Source of the DNA: Chloroflexota bacterium
Lineage (GTDB): Bacteria; Chloroflexota; UBA11872; UBA12225
Direction of reading: 5' to 3'
Length of the DNA: 64,000 nucleotides
NCBI GenBank assembly: GCA_947446285.1
Contig: CANFGH010000005.1
Coordinates: 835-64,834, forward strand
Position numbers and translations under genes: made by a program. Below, piece by piece: positions 1 through 9,968 of this stretch (the stretch's first letter is position 1; every line of letters begins with the position of its first letter). The notes under the pieces were generated by a model. The model saw nothing but the letters and a program-made list of their open reading frames with translations. It was not told the origin of the DNA and did no database searches.

Positions 1-644
1 CCGCCCTCGACCCGAGCCGGAATCTCCGGGGTCTCCGCGACAATTGCCCGCACTGCCTCCTGTCTCGCACCAACTGGTGGCCGTACCTGACGTGGCGGGA
101 TGGTCAGCTCAACAAGGGCGCGGACCCACTGACCCCAGGACCTCGGCGTCGATGCCTCACGCCCGAGGCCACCGGACGCGTGGGAATCCGGCCGGATGAC
201 CCCAGGAGTTTCAATCAGTGGAGGCGCGACCGCCGGCCACGAGGAACTCGGGTACGGCACCGGATCCGTTTCGCCCGCGGGTGAGTCACCACGGCGTCTA
301 CGCGTCGGCTCGCGTCGCCGTGAAGTGAACCGGTCAATCCGTTCGTGGAGGGTTGCAGGCGATGCGACCTGCCTGCCAACCGGATCAGCCGCGGAACCGG
401 GCCTTCGCGCCGACGCTCGGGAGACGCGTTGCATCACGGTTACCGGGCGGACGTCCTGCGCAACCGACGGCCCACCATTTCCACTCGCCTGCACTGGCAC
501 ACGGTTCGTCTCCGACTGTCCGACCATCGTCACAAGCACGACAACGGCAGCCAACACGGGTGCAGCAAGCAGCACCACAAGCAGCGCGTATGCCCAGGAG
601 GTCGAATCGCTCACCGAGTGTCCCTTCGCCAGGGTGGGTTGCAA
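1..644 (-). CDS. hypothetical membrane-anchored protein, 3' end cut by window edge (start uncertain: TTG 644 or GTG 614)
   Basis: Manual minus-strand translation is open from about 644 to position 1 with no stop, so it is absent from the complete-ORF track. It begins ...SDSTSWAYALLVVLLAAPVLAAVVVLVTMVGQSE..., one clear TM helix, then an Ala/Pro/Arg-rich region. A GGAGGA lies 6 nt upstream of the TTG. It is co-directional with rsmD/recG. It shares wobble positions with the + ORF 196..885, so GC3 cannot discriminate between them. Confidence 0.25.
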   Translation of the reverse strand, partial: MQPTLAKGHSVSDSTSWAYALLVVLLAAPVLAAVVVLVTMVGQSETNRVPVQASGNGGPSVAQDVRPVTVMQRVSRASARRPGSAADPVGRQVASPATLHERIDRFTSRRREPTRRRRGDSPAGETDPVPYPSSSWPAVAPPLIETPGVIRPDSHASGGLGREASTPRSWGQWVRALVELTIPPRQVRPPVGARQEAVRAIVAETPEIPARVEG

Positions 645-842
645 CCACACTCCTCCAACCGGACGAAAATGCCCGGAAAAGGCGCGGCCGCTTTATGGTC
701 ACCCAATAACCGAACGCAAATGGGATGGCGACGTTGCACGACTGGCTTGGCCAGCCCGTCATGATGACGGGTGGATCGGATCGTTGGTGCATTTCGTGAG
801 ACTTCGCAATACCCTCCACCGTGCCGTGGAAACCGTCCCGAC

Positions 843-1412
843 CTACTCAGCTCGGTCCGGTGGAAGCCCGTCAACCACGTCGTAGATTGCTACCGCCGTA
901 TCACCATGGACGCGAACCCGGTCGCGACGCAATCGTCCGATGACAACCGGGACCTCGTCCCGTCGGCCATATTCAACAACAACGGTCGCCCCATCGCGGG
1001 TGATGGCCGGATGCGCGACGCGCGCCAAAATGCCGGGTAACTCTTCCAGCCCATAGGGTGGGTCACAGAGGATCAGGTCGTAGGGCTCACGCACCAATGA
1101 GAGAAACCGGGCGACCTCTGAACGGTGGACGCGTGCCTGGGAAGCCAGCCTCGTGTGGGCAAGGTTCTTTGAAATTGCCTCCACCGCATCTGGCGCGCGG
1201 TCAACAAAGTCGCACCAGTCGGCACCACGGCTGAGTGCCTCGATCCCGAGGCCTCCGCAACCGGAAAATATATCCAAGACGCGGCCGAAAGCACCCCGGT
1301 CGCCAAGCATCCCGAAAATCGCGCCTTTCACCTTGTCGGTGGTGGGACGTGTCTGCGAACTCCGGGGGGCAACCAACGCAAGGCCACCACATTCACCAGC
1401 AATCACCCGCAT
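843..1412 (-). CDS. rsmD: 16S rRNA (guanine-N2)-methyltransferase RsmD-like SAM methyltransferase
   Basis: 189-aa ORF. SAM-binding motif DIFSGCGGLGIEALSRGA and the LILCDPPY motif typical of RsmD-family methyltransferases. Lies immediately downstream of recG. Confidence 0.85.
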   Translation of the reverse strand: MRVIAGECGGLALVAPRSSQTRPTTDKVKGAIFGMLGDRGAFGRVLDIFSGCGGLGIEALSRGADWCDFVDRAPDAVEAISKNLAHTRLASQARVHRSEVARFLSLVREPYDLILCDPPYGLEELPGILARVAHPAITRDGATVVVEYGRRDEVPVVIGRLRRDRVRVHGDTAVAIYDVVDGLPPDRAE

Positions 1413-1463
1413 CGCCGCTCCTGGTCTGCGGGAATCCCTGCCCGCATCTCCGTTCGGGAAAAC

Positions 1464-3923
1464 CTATCCGGCAGCGATGGACCGGTTCCAATAGGCCTCA
1501 ACCTGGCCTCGCAAGCGGGCGTGTTCGGGCAACGACAGGGTCTGGTCGCGCCCAAGTATCAATCCCGCCTGCCTGCGCGCCGCCTCAAGAACATGCACGT
1601 CCGACAACCGCGCCACCTTGAGGTCGGGCACCCCGCTTTGCCTGGTGCCGAAAAACTCCCCGGGGCCACGCATTTTCAGGTCCTCCTCGGCGAGGACGAA
1701 CCCGTCACTTGTCCGCTCGAGCGCCCGTAGGCGCGCCAGTGTCGGTTCTGCGGCTGTTTCCGTGAGGAGAAGACAGAAACTCGCGTGGGGACCGCGGCCG
1801 ACCCGGCCACGAAATTGGTGCAATTGCGCTAGTCCGAACCGGTCAGCACCTTCGATCAGGATCGTCGAAGCATTCGGCACGTCAATGCCAACTTCGACGA
1901 CGGCCGTCGCGACGAGCACATCAACGTGCCCGTCACGGAACCGCGACATCACTTCATCCTTCTCGCGCGGGGACAGGCGACCATGCACCAATGCCAAGCG
2001 CAAGTCGGGGAACTGGCGTTGCAAGCGCTCATGTTCTGCCGTTGCGGCACGTGCCTCAATCCGCTCCGACTCCTCGACCAGCGGGAAGATGATGAACCCC
2101 TGGCGACCTTGCCTCACCTGCTTGCGCAGGAAGGTGTAGGCCTCCATCCGCTTCTCCGGCGGGATCATCGCGGTCTTGATCGGTTGGCGTCCGGGAGGCA
2201 ACTCATTGATGATGGAAAGGTCCAGGTCTCCGTACACAGACAGCGCAAGCGTCCTCGGAATCGGCGTTGCAGTCATCACCAGAAGGTGTGGATTTGCGCC
2301 CTTCGCCAACAATGCACTCCGCTGACGCACCCCGAAGCGGTGCTGTTCATCGACAATTGCCAAGCCAAGACGGTGGAACCCTTCGTCCTCGTCCAGAAGC
2401 GCATGGGTGCCGATCAACACGTCAATCTCGCCAGCCGCGCACGCCGTCCAGATCTCCCGCTTCTCCTTGCGCTTCTGGCTGCCGGTCATCCTCGCCACCC
2501 GGACACCTAGCGGACCAAGTGTCGCGGCCACGCTTCGCTCATGCTGATGAGCCAGGATGTCGGTGGGTGCCATGAACGCAACCTGGTAGCCCGCCCGCAC
2601 CGCCGCCAGGCACGCGGCGGCCGCCACCGCGGTCTTTCCCGACCCGACCTCACCCTGCAACAACCGGCTCATCGCGACCGGACGCACCAGGTCACCGTAT
2701 ATTTCTGCAGTGACGCGCGACTGCGCCCCAGTCAACGTGTAGGGCAGCCCGCTTGCGAACTCATCAATCGTCGCGTCAGGAATGACGAACGCCAGGCCCG
2801 GGTTCGAAGTCTGCCAATCGTGCTTCCGGCGCAGAACTCCCAACTGGATGATGAGGAACTCATCGAACGCAAGGCGCCGTACCGCCTCGGCGTGGCGCTC
2901 CCAACTGTCGGGAAAGTGCGCACTCTCAAGCGCAGTCACGAACGGCAGCAGGTTCTCCTGCGTTCGGACTTCCACGGGCAAGGGATCGCGCAACGCCGGA
3001 CCGGTAAGGTCAAGGGCCTTGCGGACTACCGTACGTAGCTGCTTGTCGGTGATCCCCTCGGTCTTCGCGTAGAACGGCACGAGGCGACCCGCGTGCAACG
3101 AGTCCTCGAGATCGGTCTCCAATTCCGGGGACGTGAACTGCATCGCGCCGCCCGCCTGTTGCTCGACCCGGCCGCTCAGCAAGACCTGACCAGGGTTTCC
3201 CAACCGCCGCAACATGTACTGCTGGTTGAACCAGACCGCATGCGCGTACCCGGTCTCGTCCCTCACCAGCGCCTCGGTGATCGTAAGGCCACGCCGTGCG
3301 GGGTTCTTCAGATTCACCGACACGACCGTCACCATCACGGTTGCGATCTGGCCCGACTGGAGATTTGCCAACGGCGTCAGACTGCGTCGGTCAAGATGGC
3401 GGCGGGGCAGGTGATAGAGAAGGTCCAGAACCGAATTGATGCCGAGGCGGGCAAACCCCTCGACGGTTTTCGCTCCAACTCCGGGCAAGGCCGAAACCGG
3501 CGAAAGTGGCAAAAGTGGTGTTCCGGCACCCGACCCTTCGGTGACGACCGGACGGTTCCGTGGTCCCGGGAGCGCCGGCGCCCTCTCCGGCACGGCGTTG
3601 GCTGGTCCGCGGGCATCCCTGCCCCCTCGTGGAGACGGGGCCAGTCGCCCTGGGAGCGACGCCACCCTTACCGGCACAGTCTCACTTGACGCCCCGGAAA
3701 CTACGGCCAAGGCCTGTTCGATCATCGCTTGACGCGCCCGGACATCACCGCGCGCGTACCCGGACAGGATCCGGCGCACCTCGTCCGCCCAGGCAACCCC
3801 CGGTTCCACTCGTGAAGTGAATACCTCGAGACCACCGACGACCGCCCGATTGGTGAACCCAAGTTCCCGCTCGTACATGAAAATACGTTGCGCCCGAGTC
3901 GCACCGGCCGCTGCCCGGTTCAC
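1464..3923 (-). CDS. recG: ATP-dependent DNA helicase RecG
   Basis: 819-aa ORF. Walker A GEVGSGKTAVAA, DEQHRFGV box, C-terminal helicase motifs (HQFRGRVGRG) and a wedge-domain region. About 130 aa of low-complexity N-terminal extension. Confidence 0.95.
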   Translation of the reverse strand: MNRAAAGATRAQRIFMYERELGFTNRAVVGGLEVFTSRVEPGVAWADEVRRILSGYARGDVRARQAMIEQALAVVSGASSETVPVRVASLPGRLAPSPRGGRDARGPANAVPERAPALPGPRNRPVVTEGSGAGTPLLPLSPVSALPGVGAKTVEGFARLGINSVLDLLYHLPRRHLDRRSLTPLANLQSGQIATVMVTVVSVNLKNPARRGLTITEALVRDETGYAHAVWFNQQYMLRRLGNPGQVLLSGRVEQQAGGAMQFTSPELETDLEDSLHAGRLVPFYAKTEGITDKQLRTVVRKALDLTGPALRDPLPVEVRTQENLLPFVTALESAHFPDSWERHAEAVRRLAFDEFLIIQLGVLRRKHDWQTSNPGLAFVIPDATIDEFASGLPYTLTGAQSRVTAEIYGDLVRPVAMSRLLQGEVGSGKTAVAAAACLAAVRAGYQVAFMAPTDILAHQHERSVAATLGPLGVRVARMTGSQKRKEKREIWTACAAGEIDVLIGTHALLDEDEGFHRLGLAIVDEQHRFGVRQRSALLAKGANPHLLVMTATPIPRTLALSVYGDLDLSIINELPPGRQPIKTAMIPPEKRMEAYTFLRKQVRQGRQGFIIFPLVEESERIEARAATAEHERLQRQFPDLRLALVHGRLSPREKDEVMSRFRDGHVDVLVATAVVEVGIDVPNASTILIEGADRFGLAQLHQFRGRVGRGPHASFCLLLTETAAEPTLARLRALERTSDGFVLAEEDLKMRGPGEFFGTRQSGVPDLKVARLSDVHVLEAARRQAGLILGRDQTLSLPEHARLRGQVEAYWNRSIAAG

Positions 3924-3924
3924 G

Positions 3925-5697
3925 TCACTCCACCGAAATGATGAAGTCGTAGTGGGGTTGCCCCCCCGTCATCGTTTCAACAGCCAGGTCCGGGAAACGC
4001 GACTGCACCGCAGCTGCGACGCGCGACGCGTCGGCATTACTGACATCAGCACCCCGGTAGATGGTCAGCAGTTCCGCGGTCTGCGCTCCGGCCTGTTCAA
4101 GGGAACGGATTGCCACATCGTCAATGTCGGTGCCGGCAGCCACGACGTCATCATCAACAAGGCCAAGCACGTCACCAACCCTGACATCCACTCCATTGAT
4201 CACGACATCCCGAGTGGCCCGGGTGACCTCAACGGTCCTTATGGATGTCAACGCACCGGTCATCGCAGAGACTATCGCCTCAGGTTCAGCGCCGAAGGTC
4301 ATCGCCATCATCGCCCCGATGCCTTGGGGGACCGTCCGTGACCCGACAACCAAGATGCTTCGGTCGGCCCCGAGGGATTCCGCCGCCACCGACGAAGCTT
4401 GCTTCGCCGTCAAGACGACGTTCCCGTTGTTCGGAAGCACAATGACGGTGCGCGCGTGCGCGCGGCGCGCGGCGTCAAGAATTTCCTGCGCGCTTGGGTT
4501 CATCGTCTGGCCACCCAGAACGACCTCGGATGCCCCGAGACCACGGAATACCGACGCGAACCCTTCCCCGGGCGCAATCGCGATGATTGCCACGTCTGCC
4601 AGCGGCGCGTCCAAATCAGCCGTTTCCCCGGACATCTCCCCCTCGGATCGATCGCCCACCCTACCGGCAGCCATGCGCCACCGTTCGGCTTGAGCATCCA
4701 TATCCTCGATCGAGATCCGCTGAACGCGCCCGTACTGAACCGCTCGCGTGAGAAGTGAGCCTGGATCCTCGGTGTGACCGTGAATTCTGACGAACCCGTC
4801 ACCGCCCACCACCATCGTCGACACGGCAAGGACTTGCAAATCGTCACGCACCGTCTCGACTGAGAGGTCCTCACCATCGTTGGCCACGATCACGAATTGC
4901 GTGCAATACCCCCACTCGCCCGCAAGCGGATCATCCTCGGGCGAAATCGTCCCGTCATCCGCGTCCATCTGGACCGCAGGTAGGGGCAGGGGCATTTCAC
5001 CCGCCGCAGGCAAGGCCTCACCACGCAGGGCAAACCCCATCCCCTCAAGGATCAGACGGTATCCCTCCCCTCCGGCATCCACCACCCCAGCCTGCTTCAA
5101 AATCGGTAACTGGAGTGGGGTTGCCTGGACGGCGCGGTGTGCGCCCGCCATCGCTGCGCCCAACACGGTCGATACGCTCTCTCGCGCCTGGGTCACGCAC
5201 TCGATCGCAGCATCGCCCGCAGCCCGCGCAACCGTCAGGATTGTGCCTTCGACCGGTCGGGTCACTGCCCGGTAGGCGTTCGACGCACCCTCGGCTAGTG
5301 CCCGGGCAAGCTCGGCACTTGAAATCGACCGGGTGTCCCCCACTCCGCGTGAGAGGCCGGCCACGATTTGCGAAAGGATCACACCGGAATTACCACGGGC
5401 GCCAAACACTGCCCCTTGGGCAGCCGCCCGGACTACCGCACCTGCGCCCTCATCCGCGACCCGGCGAACCGCCTCGACAGCCGCCCGCATCGTGAGGTGC
5501 ATGTTCGTTCCGGTATCCCCATCAGGCACCGGGAACACATTCAGGGCGTTTACGACGCTTACGTGCCGCTCAAGCCACGTGGTAGCCACCTCGAGCATGT
5601 GACGCACAGTCGCCCCGTCAATCCGTGAGCGCTCGCCATCATTCTCACCATCGTGGCCATCGACCGACGGCACAGGCTGTTGTGTGGAATCGGCCAT
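3925..5697 (-). CDS. yloV: DAK2/DhaL-domain protein, YloV-like
   Basis: 590-aa ORF. DhaL-type motif PDGDTGTNM near the N-terminus. Sits between rpmB (divergent) and recG, as yloV does in Firmicutes. Confidence 0.85.
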   Translation of the reverse strand: MADSTQQPVPSVDGHDGENDGERSRIDGATVRHMLEVATTWLERHVSVVNALNVFPVPDGDTGTNMHLTMRAAVEAVRRVADEGAGAVVRAAAQGAVFGARGNSGVILSQIVAGLSRGVGDTRSISSAELARALAEGASNAYRAVTRPVEGTILTVARAAGDAAIECVTQARESVSTVLGAAMAGAHRAVQATPLQLPILKQAGVVDAGGEGYRLILEGMGFALRGEALPAAGEMPLPLPAVQMDADDGTISPEDDPLAGEWGYCTQFVIVANDGEDLSVETVRDDLQVLAVSTMVVGGDGFVRIHGHTEDPGSLLTRAVQYGRVQRISIEDMDAQAERWRMAAGRVGDRSEGEMSGETADLDAPLADVAIIAIAPGEGFASVFRGLGASEVVLGGQTMNPSAQEILDAARRAHARTVIVLPNNGNVVLTAKQASSVAAESLGADRSILVVGSRTVPQGIGAMMAMTFGAEPEAIVSAMTGALTSIRTVEVTRATRDVVINGVDVRVGDVLGLVDDDVVAAGTDIDDVAIRSLEQAGAQTAELLTIYRGADVSNADASRVAAAVQSRFPDLAVETMTGGQPHYDFIISVE

Positions 5698-5950
5698 TGT
5701 GGTGACCCCTGGATCTTCCGGCGTGTGTCCGACGTGCCGGACCCCATTGGAATGCTACAGTTCACGGAAGTAGATCAGGCACCCCGGATTGCCGACGTCC
5801 GCTGATTTCGTGCCGGATGCTCTTCCCGATCAGTAAACCTGCGCCTCAAATGGCCTAGGACGACGGGCGGTCAGGATAGCACAGTGAGCGGATTAACCCG
5901 GTCGTCCCACGGCGAAGTGCTGACAGAACTCGCAGGATTGAGGTCAAGCA

Positions 5951-6160
5951 GTGGCTACTACATGTGACGTGTGCAACAAGGGTACTTCCCACGGACGCAC
6001 CATCTCGAGCAACGTTTCCGCCGCGTGGGCCAAACGCGCCCCGAAGAAGAACCGCACCTTCAAGGCAAATGTGCGACGCGCCACGATCACACTCGCCGGG
6101 CATGCCATCCGCTTGGATATCTGCACGCGCTGCCTGCGGACCCTCGCCAAGACGTCCTAA
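5951..6160 (+). CDS. rpmB: 50S ribosomal protein L28
   Basis: 69-aa ORF MATTCDVCNKGTSHGRTISSNVSAAWAKRAPKKNRTFKANV... matches the L28 pattern (C-x-V-C-x-K ... N..R.F.PN). GTG start with GAGG about 7 nt upstream. Confidence 0.9.
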   Translation: MATTCDVCNKGTSHGRTISSNVSAAWAKRAPKKNRTFKANVRRATITLAGHAIRLDICTRCLRTLAKTS

Positions 6161-6280
6161 CCCAAATTGCACCGGTTCTCGCCAAAAACGAGGCCCCGCC
6201 GGCAACCCGGGCACTGAGCCTGGTTCGTCAGCGGGGTTTCTAGTGTGGGACTGTGTCGCCACACCCTGAACGGGCCTAAC

Positions 6281-6961
6281 TCAGGTTTGAGCCGCTCCCC
6301 GCATTCGCGACACGGCTGACGCAATACCGTCGAGCCCACCGGAGAACAGCGCGCTGCCGACCACGAGGTACGTTGCACCGGCAGCGACGCAGGCCGCACC
6401 AGTTTCGGGATTTATCCCACCGTCAACTGCCACTTGGATCCCGGATATCCGTGCCCGCGCGCTGACCCGCCGAATCTTTTCTATCTGATCCAAACGGAAC
6501 GACTGGCCCGACGCGCCCGGTTCAACAGTCATGACCAGCAAATCGTCGATGTCGGTCTCGAACACATCGAATACCGTGTCCGGTGTGCCTGGCTTCAGCG
6601 CGATACCGGCACGCATCCCGGCGCCACGGATTGTTCGCAAGACCTCCCCGAGTTTCCGGGCCCCATCCGGGCGCGCAGCAAAGACCTCGGCGTGAACTGT
6701 CACACCACGGACACCGATGGCAGCCAGTTCATCCAGAAGGTTCTCGGGTTGCGCCACCATCAGGTGCACGTCGAGCGGTAGGGATGTTCGCGCCCTGATT
6801 TCCCGCACGAACAGCACCCCGAACGATATTGCCGGGACGAAGTGCCCGTCCATCACGTCCAGATGCAACGCGTCCACACCGGCCGCCTCAACCGCATCGA
6901 GCGCCTCGGCAACACGCAGAAGCGGCGAAGCGTAGACCGATGGCGCGATCTGGACACGCAC
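6281..6961 (-). CDS. rpe: ribulose-phosphate 3-epimerase
   Basis: 226-aa ORF with the HLDVMDGHFVP motif and a TIM-barrel Rpe pattern. Confidence 0.9.
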   Translation of the reverse strand: MRVQIAPSVYASPLLRVAEALDAVEAAGVDALHLDVMDGHFVPAISFGVLFVREIRARTSLPLDVHLMVAQPENLLDELAAIGVRGVTVHAEVFAARPDGARKLGEVLRTIRGAGMRAGIALKPGTPDTVFDVFETDIDDLLVMTVEPGASGQSFRLDQIEKIRRVSARARISGIQVAVDGGINPETGAACVAAGATYLVVGSALFSGGLDGIASAVSRMRGAAQT

Positions 6962-6967
6962 GGCTTT

Positions 6968-8104
6968 TCAGGCCGTCACGGTACTGGCACGCACCGGTTC
7001 GCGTCCCTGCAGTTCGGTTCGCAATTGTCCGCACGCCGCCCGGATGTCACGCCCCATCTCACGCCGGACGGTGCAAATGACACCCGCCTCACGAACGATG
7101 CGGTGGAACTCCTCGACCGCTTCCGGCCTCGACGCTCCAAAAGGCAGGTACGCAACCGGGTTCATCGGGATGAGATTGATGTGCACGTCATGACGGCGCA
7201 CGAGTGCAACAAGGTCGCGCGCAAGGGCAGGCGTGTCATTTACGCCATCGAGGAGCGTGTACTCGAACGTCACCCGGCGTCCCGTCCGTGCCTGGTACTC
7301 CCAGCACGCTTCAAGCAGCGTTGCCAAGGGAAACCGCTTGTTCAGCGGCACCAAGGTCGTGCGCAACGCATCATCGGGCGAATGCAGTGAGACGGCCAAT
7401 CGAACCGCGTACTTGTCCTCGATCAGACGGGACATACCGGGCAGCCAACCAGCCGTCGAAACCGTAAGGCGGTGCACTCCGAGGCCCACCGCATCCACGA
7501 GTAATGCCACGGCGCCCATCGTTGCGTCGTAGTTGATCAATGGTTCGCCCATTCCCATGAACACCACATTGCGGACGGTCGGGGGCACGGCGCGGCTCCA
7601 GCGGAGAAAGTGCAGTGCCTGGTCCATGATCTCGCCAGTGCCGAGGTTCCGCGTGAAGCCCATCAGCCCAGTCGCACAGAAGGCGCACTTGACCGGACAT
7701 CCAACCTGCGTACTCACGCAGACGGTCGACCTCTCGGCACCGGTTCCGTCATCCCGGGTCGGGTAGCGCATGAGGACGCTTTCGATCAGGTCGCCATCGA
7801 CAAGCCTCAAGGCGGCTTTTCTCGTCTCCCCATCGGAGGAGACGAATTCGGCCTCGAGCGCAAGTGCTCCGAACCTGAACCGATCGGCCAGCGCCTGCCT
7901 GAGGGACTTCGGCAAGTTCGACATCTCGTCGAACGAACCAACCGGGGACCGATAGACCCAAGCCGCAATCTGGTCGCCACGATATTCAGGGTGGCCCAGC
8001 TCGGTCACAACCTGACGCAGGGAGGTCAACGAGAGGTCAGTGATTGGGGCAAGTGCCACTGGCGTGGCCGCCGGTGTAGCCGTCGAAGGGGTTGAGGCAA
8101 TCAT
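6968..8104 (-). CDS. rlmN: 23S rRNA/tRNA (adenine-C2)-methyltransferase RlmN (radical SAM)
   Basis: 378-aa ORF. Radical-SAM cluster motif GCPVKCAFCATG and the C-terminal conserved Cys (RAACGQL). Confidence 0.9.
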   Translation of the reverse strand: MIASTPSTATPAATPVALAPITDLSLTSLRQVVTELGHPEYRGDQIAAWVYRSPVGSFDEMSNLPKSLRQALADRFRFGALALEAEFVSSDGETRKAALRLVDGDLIESVLMRYPTRDDGTGAERSTVCVSTQVGCPVKCAFCATGLMGFTRNLGTGEIMDQALHFLRWSRAVPPTVRNVVFMGMGEPLINYDATMGAVALLVDAVGLGVHRLTVSTAGWLPGMSRLIEDKYAVRLAVSLHSPDDALRTTLVPLNKRFPLATLLEACWEYQARTGRRVTFEYTLLDGVNDTPALARDLVALVRRHDVHINLIPMNPVAYLPFGASRPEAVEEFHRIVREAGVICTVRREMGRDIRAACGQLRTELQGREPVRASTVTA

Positions 8105-8108
8105 TAGG

Positions 8109-8828
8109 TCAGTCGTCGCGTCGCCGCATTCCCGAAAGCATCATCGCGTAGTACAGCACCTGGGACAGGGCTTGTGCCAGTCCGGCCACATACGTGAGCG
8201 CGGCGGCGTCAAGTACCTTCCGTGCCAGGTCGGCGTCATGGGAAGTCACCAGGCCATTGTCAACCAGAAGGCGCATAGCCCGGTTGCTCGCGTTGTACTC
8301 GACCGGCAGCGTAACCGCCGCGAAGACTGCAGCCCCGCTGAAGAGCAGCAATCCGATGAGCGACAAATTGAAGAAATTGAGAAACATTCCAGCGAAGAAC
8401 AGGATGTACCCCAGTGAACTGCCAAGGCCGGCGACTGGCACAAGGTTCGTCCTCAGCCGCATCGGCGCATAGCCTGTCGCATCCTGAATGGCATGCCCCA
8501 CTTCATGTGCCACCACACCGACCGCCGCCACAGAAGAGCGGTACATCGTGGACTCGGACAGGCGCACGACCTTGGCACGCGGGTCGTAATGGTCAGTGAG
8601 TTCCCCCGGTGTCGCCTCGATGGTCACCCCATACAGGCCCTCGGCGTCCAACAATCGCCGGGCAATCTGTTCACCAGTGAATCCACCCGAACTGTTGACG
8701 TTCTGGTACTTCCCGAAAGTGGAATTCACCTTCCATTGGGCGTACATCGCGAAGAGGAACGCGGGCATCGCGAAAACGAAGTACATCGGGTCAAAATACA
8801 TCGCCTGAACCTCCATGGCGTCCAGCAC
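8109..8828 (-). CDS. membrane zinc metallopeptidase (YugP / Zn_peptidase_2-like)
   Basis: 239-aa ORF. HEVGHAIQ (HExxH) motif with N- and C-terminal hydrophobic helices. Confidence 0.8.
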   Translation of the reverse strand: MLDAMEVQAMYFDPMYFVFAMPAFLFAMYAQWKVNSTFGKYQNVNSSGGFTGEQIARRLLDAEGLYGVTIEATPGELTDHYDPRAKVVRLSESTMYRSSVAAVGVVAHEVGHAIQDATGYAPMRLRTNLVPVAGLGSSLGYILFFAGMFLNFFNLSLIGLLLFSGAAVFAAVTLPVEYNASNRAMRLLVDNGLVTSHDADLARKVLDAAALTYVAGLAQALSQVLYYAMMLSGMRRRDD

Positions 8829-8885
8829 GCCCTGAGTTGAACGGCCCCGCGCATTCGCAATCGGGGTGTGCGTTCTCGTTAGAGT

Positions 8886-9968
8886 CTACGCGCCAACCGG
8901 CGAGGTCTCCCGGGATTTCGCGTCGCGATCACGTTCACTCGCCGAGAATACGTGCCTGATGACATCGTCGATTGCCGGTTCCTCGATAGTGACATCGGCG
9001 ACTGGCAACGACGCAAGCAGGCGCGCAGCCTGGGTCGAGACCTCGGCCCGGGGAATGTGCAGGGTTGCCGTGAAACCGTCGAATGAGGCGACGGTGCCAA
9101 AGCCGTCAACTTCGGCGTTGCCCACCTCTCGCTCAAACCGCACGGTAATCACTCGGTAGGCGGCATACACCGCAGACACTTCGGCCAGAGCGCCATCGTA
9201 GATCACCCGACCTCGATCAATGATGATGATCCGTTCACACAATTCCTTGACGTCATCCATGTAGTGCGATGTCAGGACAATCGTGGCGCCGAACCGGCGC
9301 CGGTAGTGGTCAACAAATTGCCGGATGGCCTTCTGCATCACGACGTCCAGCCCGATGGTGGGCTCGTCAAGGAAGAGAACACGAGGGCGGTGCAGGAGCG
9401 CCGCCGCGAGTTCGCACTTCATGCGCTCGCCAAGCGAAAGCCTCCTGACCTGCACCTGAAGGATGCGGCCCAAATCCAGAAGATCGACGAGCTCGGTCAA
9501 CGTTTCCCGAAAGACCGGTTCGGGGATCTCATAGATTTCGCGGTTCAGGAGGAATGTCTCCATCGCCGGTATGTCCCACCACAACTGGTTCTTCTGTCCC
9601 ATGACCAGTGAAAGTTGACGCAGGAATGCGTGGTCCCGTTTCCAAGGATCAAAGCCAAGCACACGCGCATGGCCGGCAGTCGGGTGGAGGAGGCCGGACA
9701 GGAGTTTCAGGGTCGTCGTCTTGCCGGCCCCATTCGGGCCTAGGAAACCAACGATCTCTCCCGTGGCAATCTGGAATGAGACCCCATCGACGGCCCGGAC
9801 CGTGTCGTTCGTCCTTGAAACAAGACCACGAAGTGAACCCAAGACCCCGGGGGACTTGCGGTGGACTTCATAGTGCTTGGAGAGGTCTCGGACATCTATG
9901 GATACCGGGGCATCGCGCCGGTCAGACTGGGATGGCCCGTCAGGCGCCCTTCGGGCGCCTAACTGCAC
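8886..9968 (-). CDS. ABC transporter ATP-binding protein (ABC-2-type, extra C-terminal domain)
   Basis: 360-aa ORF. Walker A GPNGAGKTTT, signature LSLGERMK, Walker B LFLDEPTIGLD. The GTG start overlaps the stop of the upstream IscA-like gene by 10 nt. No permease gene is adjacent. Confidence 0.85.
   Translation of the reverse strand: MQLGARRAPDGPSQSDRRDAPVSIDVRDLSKHYEVHRKSPGVLGSLRGLVSRTNDTVRAVDGVSFQIATGEIVGFLGPNGAGKTTTLKLLSGLLHPTAGHARVLGFDPWKRDHAFLRQLSLVMGQKNQLWWDIPAMETFLLNREIYEIPEPVFRETLTELVDLLDLGRILQVQVRRLSLGERMKCELAAALLHRPRVLFLDEPTIGLDVVMQKAIRQFVDHYRRRFGATIVLTSHYMDDVKELCERIIIIDRGRVIYDGALAEVSAVYAAYRVITVRFEREVGNAEVDGFGTVASFDGFTATLHIPRAEVSTQAARLLASLPVADVTIEEPAIDDVIRHVFSASERDRDAKSRETSPVGA

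Noticed and set aside
196-885. 229-aa plus-strand ORF (and overlapping ORFs 345..764, 353..709, 385..819) at the left end of the window.
   Set aside because: The translation is Cys/Thr/Ser/Arg-rich and motif-free, and it runs into the 3' end of rsmD. A minus-strand frame with a TM helix, co-directional with the operon, is a more plausible (still weak) coding candidate. It shares wobble positions with this ORF, which explains the ORF's coding-like GC3.
5698-5950. 253-nt region between yloV and rpmB as a possible ribosomal-protein leader or a missing Asp23/yloU gene.
   Set aside because: It is too short for an Asp23-like gene, and no ORF is present. I could not identify a conserved leader structure, only short direct repeats (CCGGAT, GATCAG). 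It most likely holds divergent promoters.
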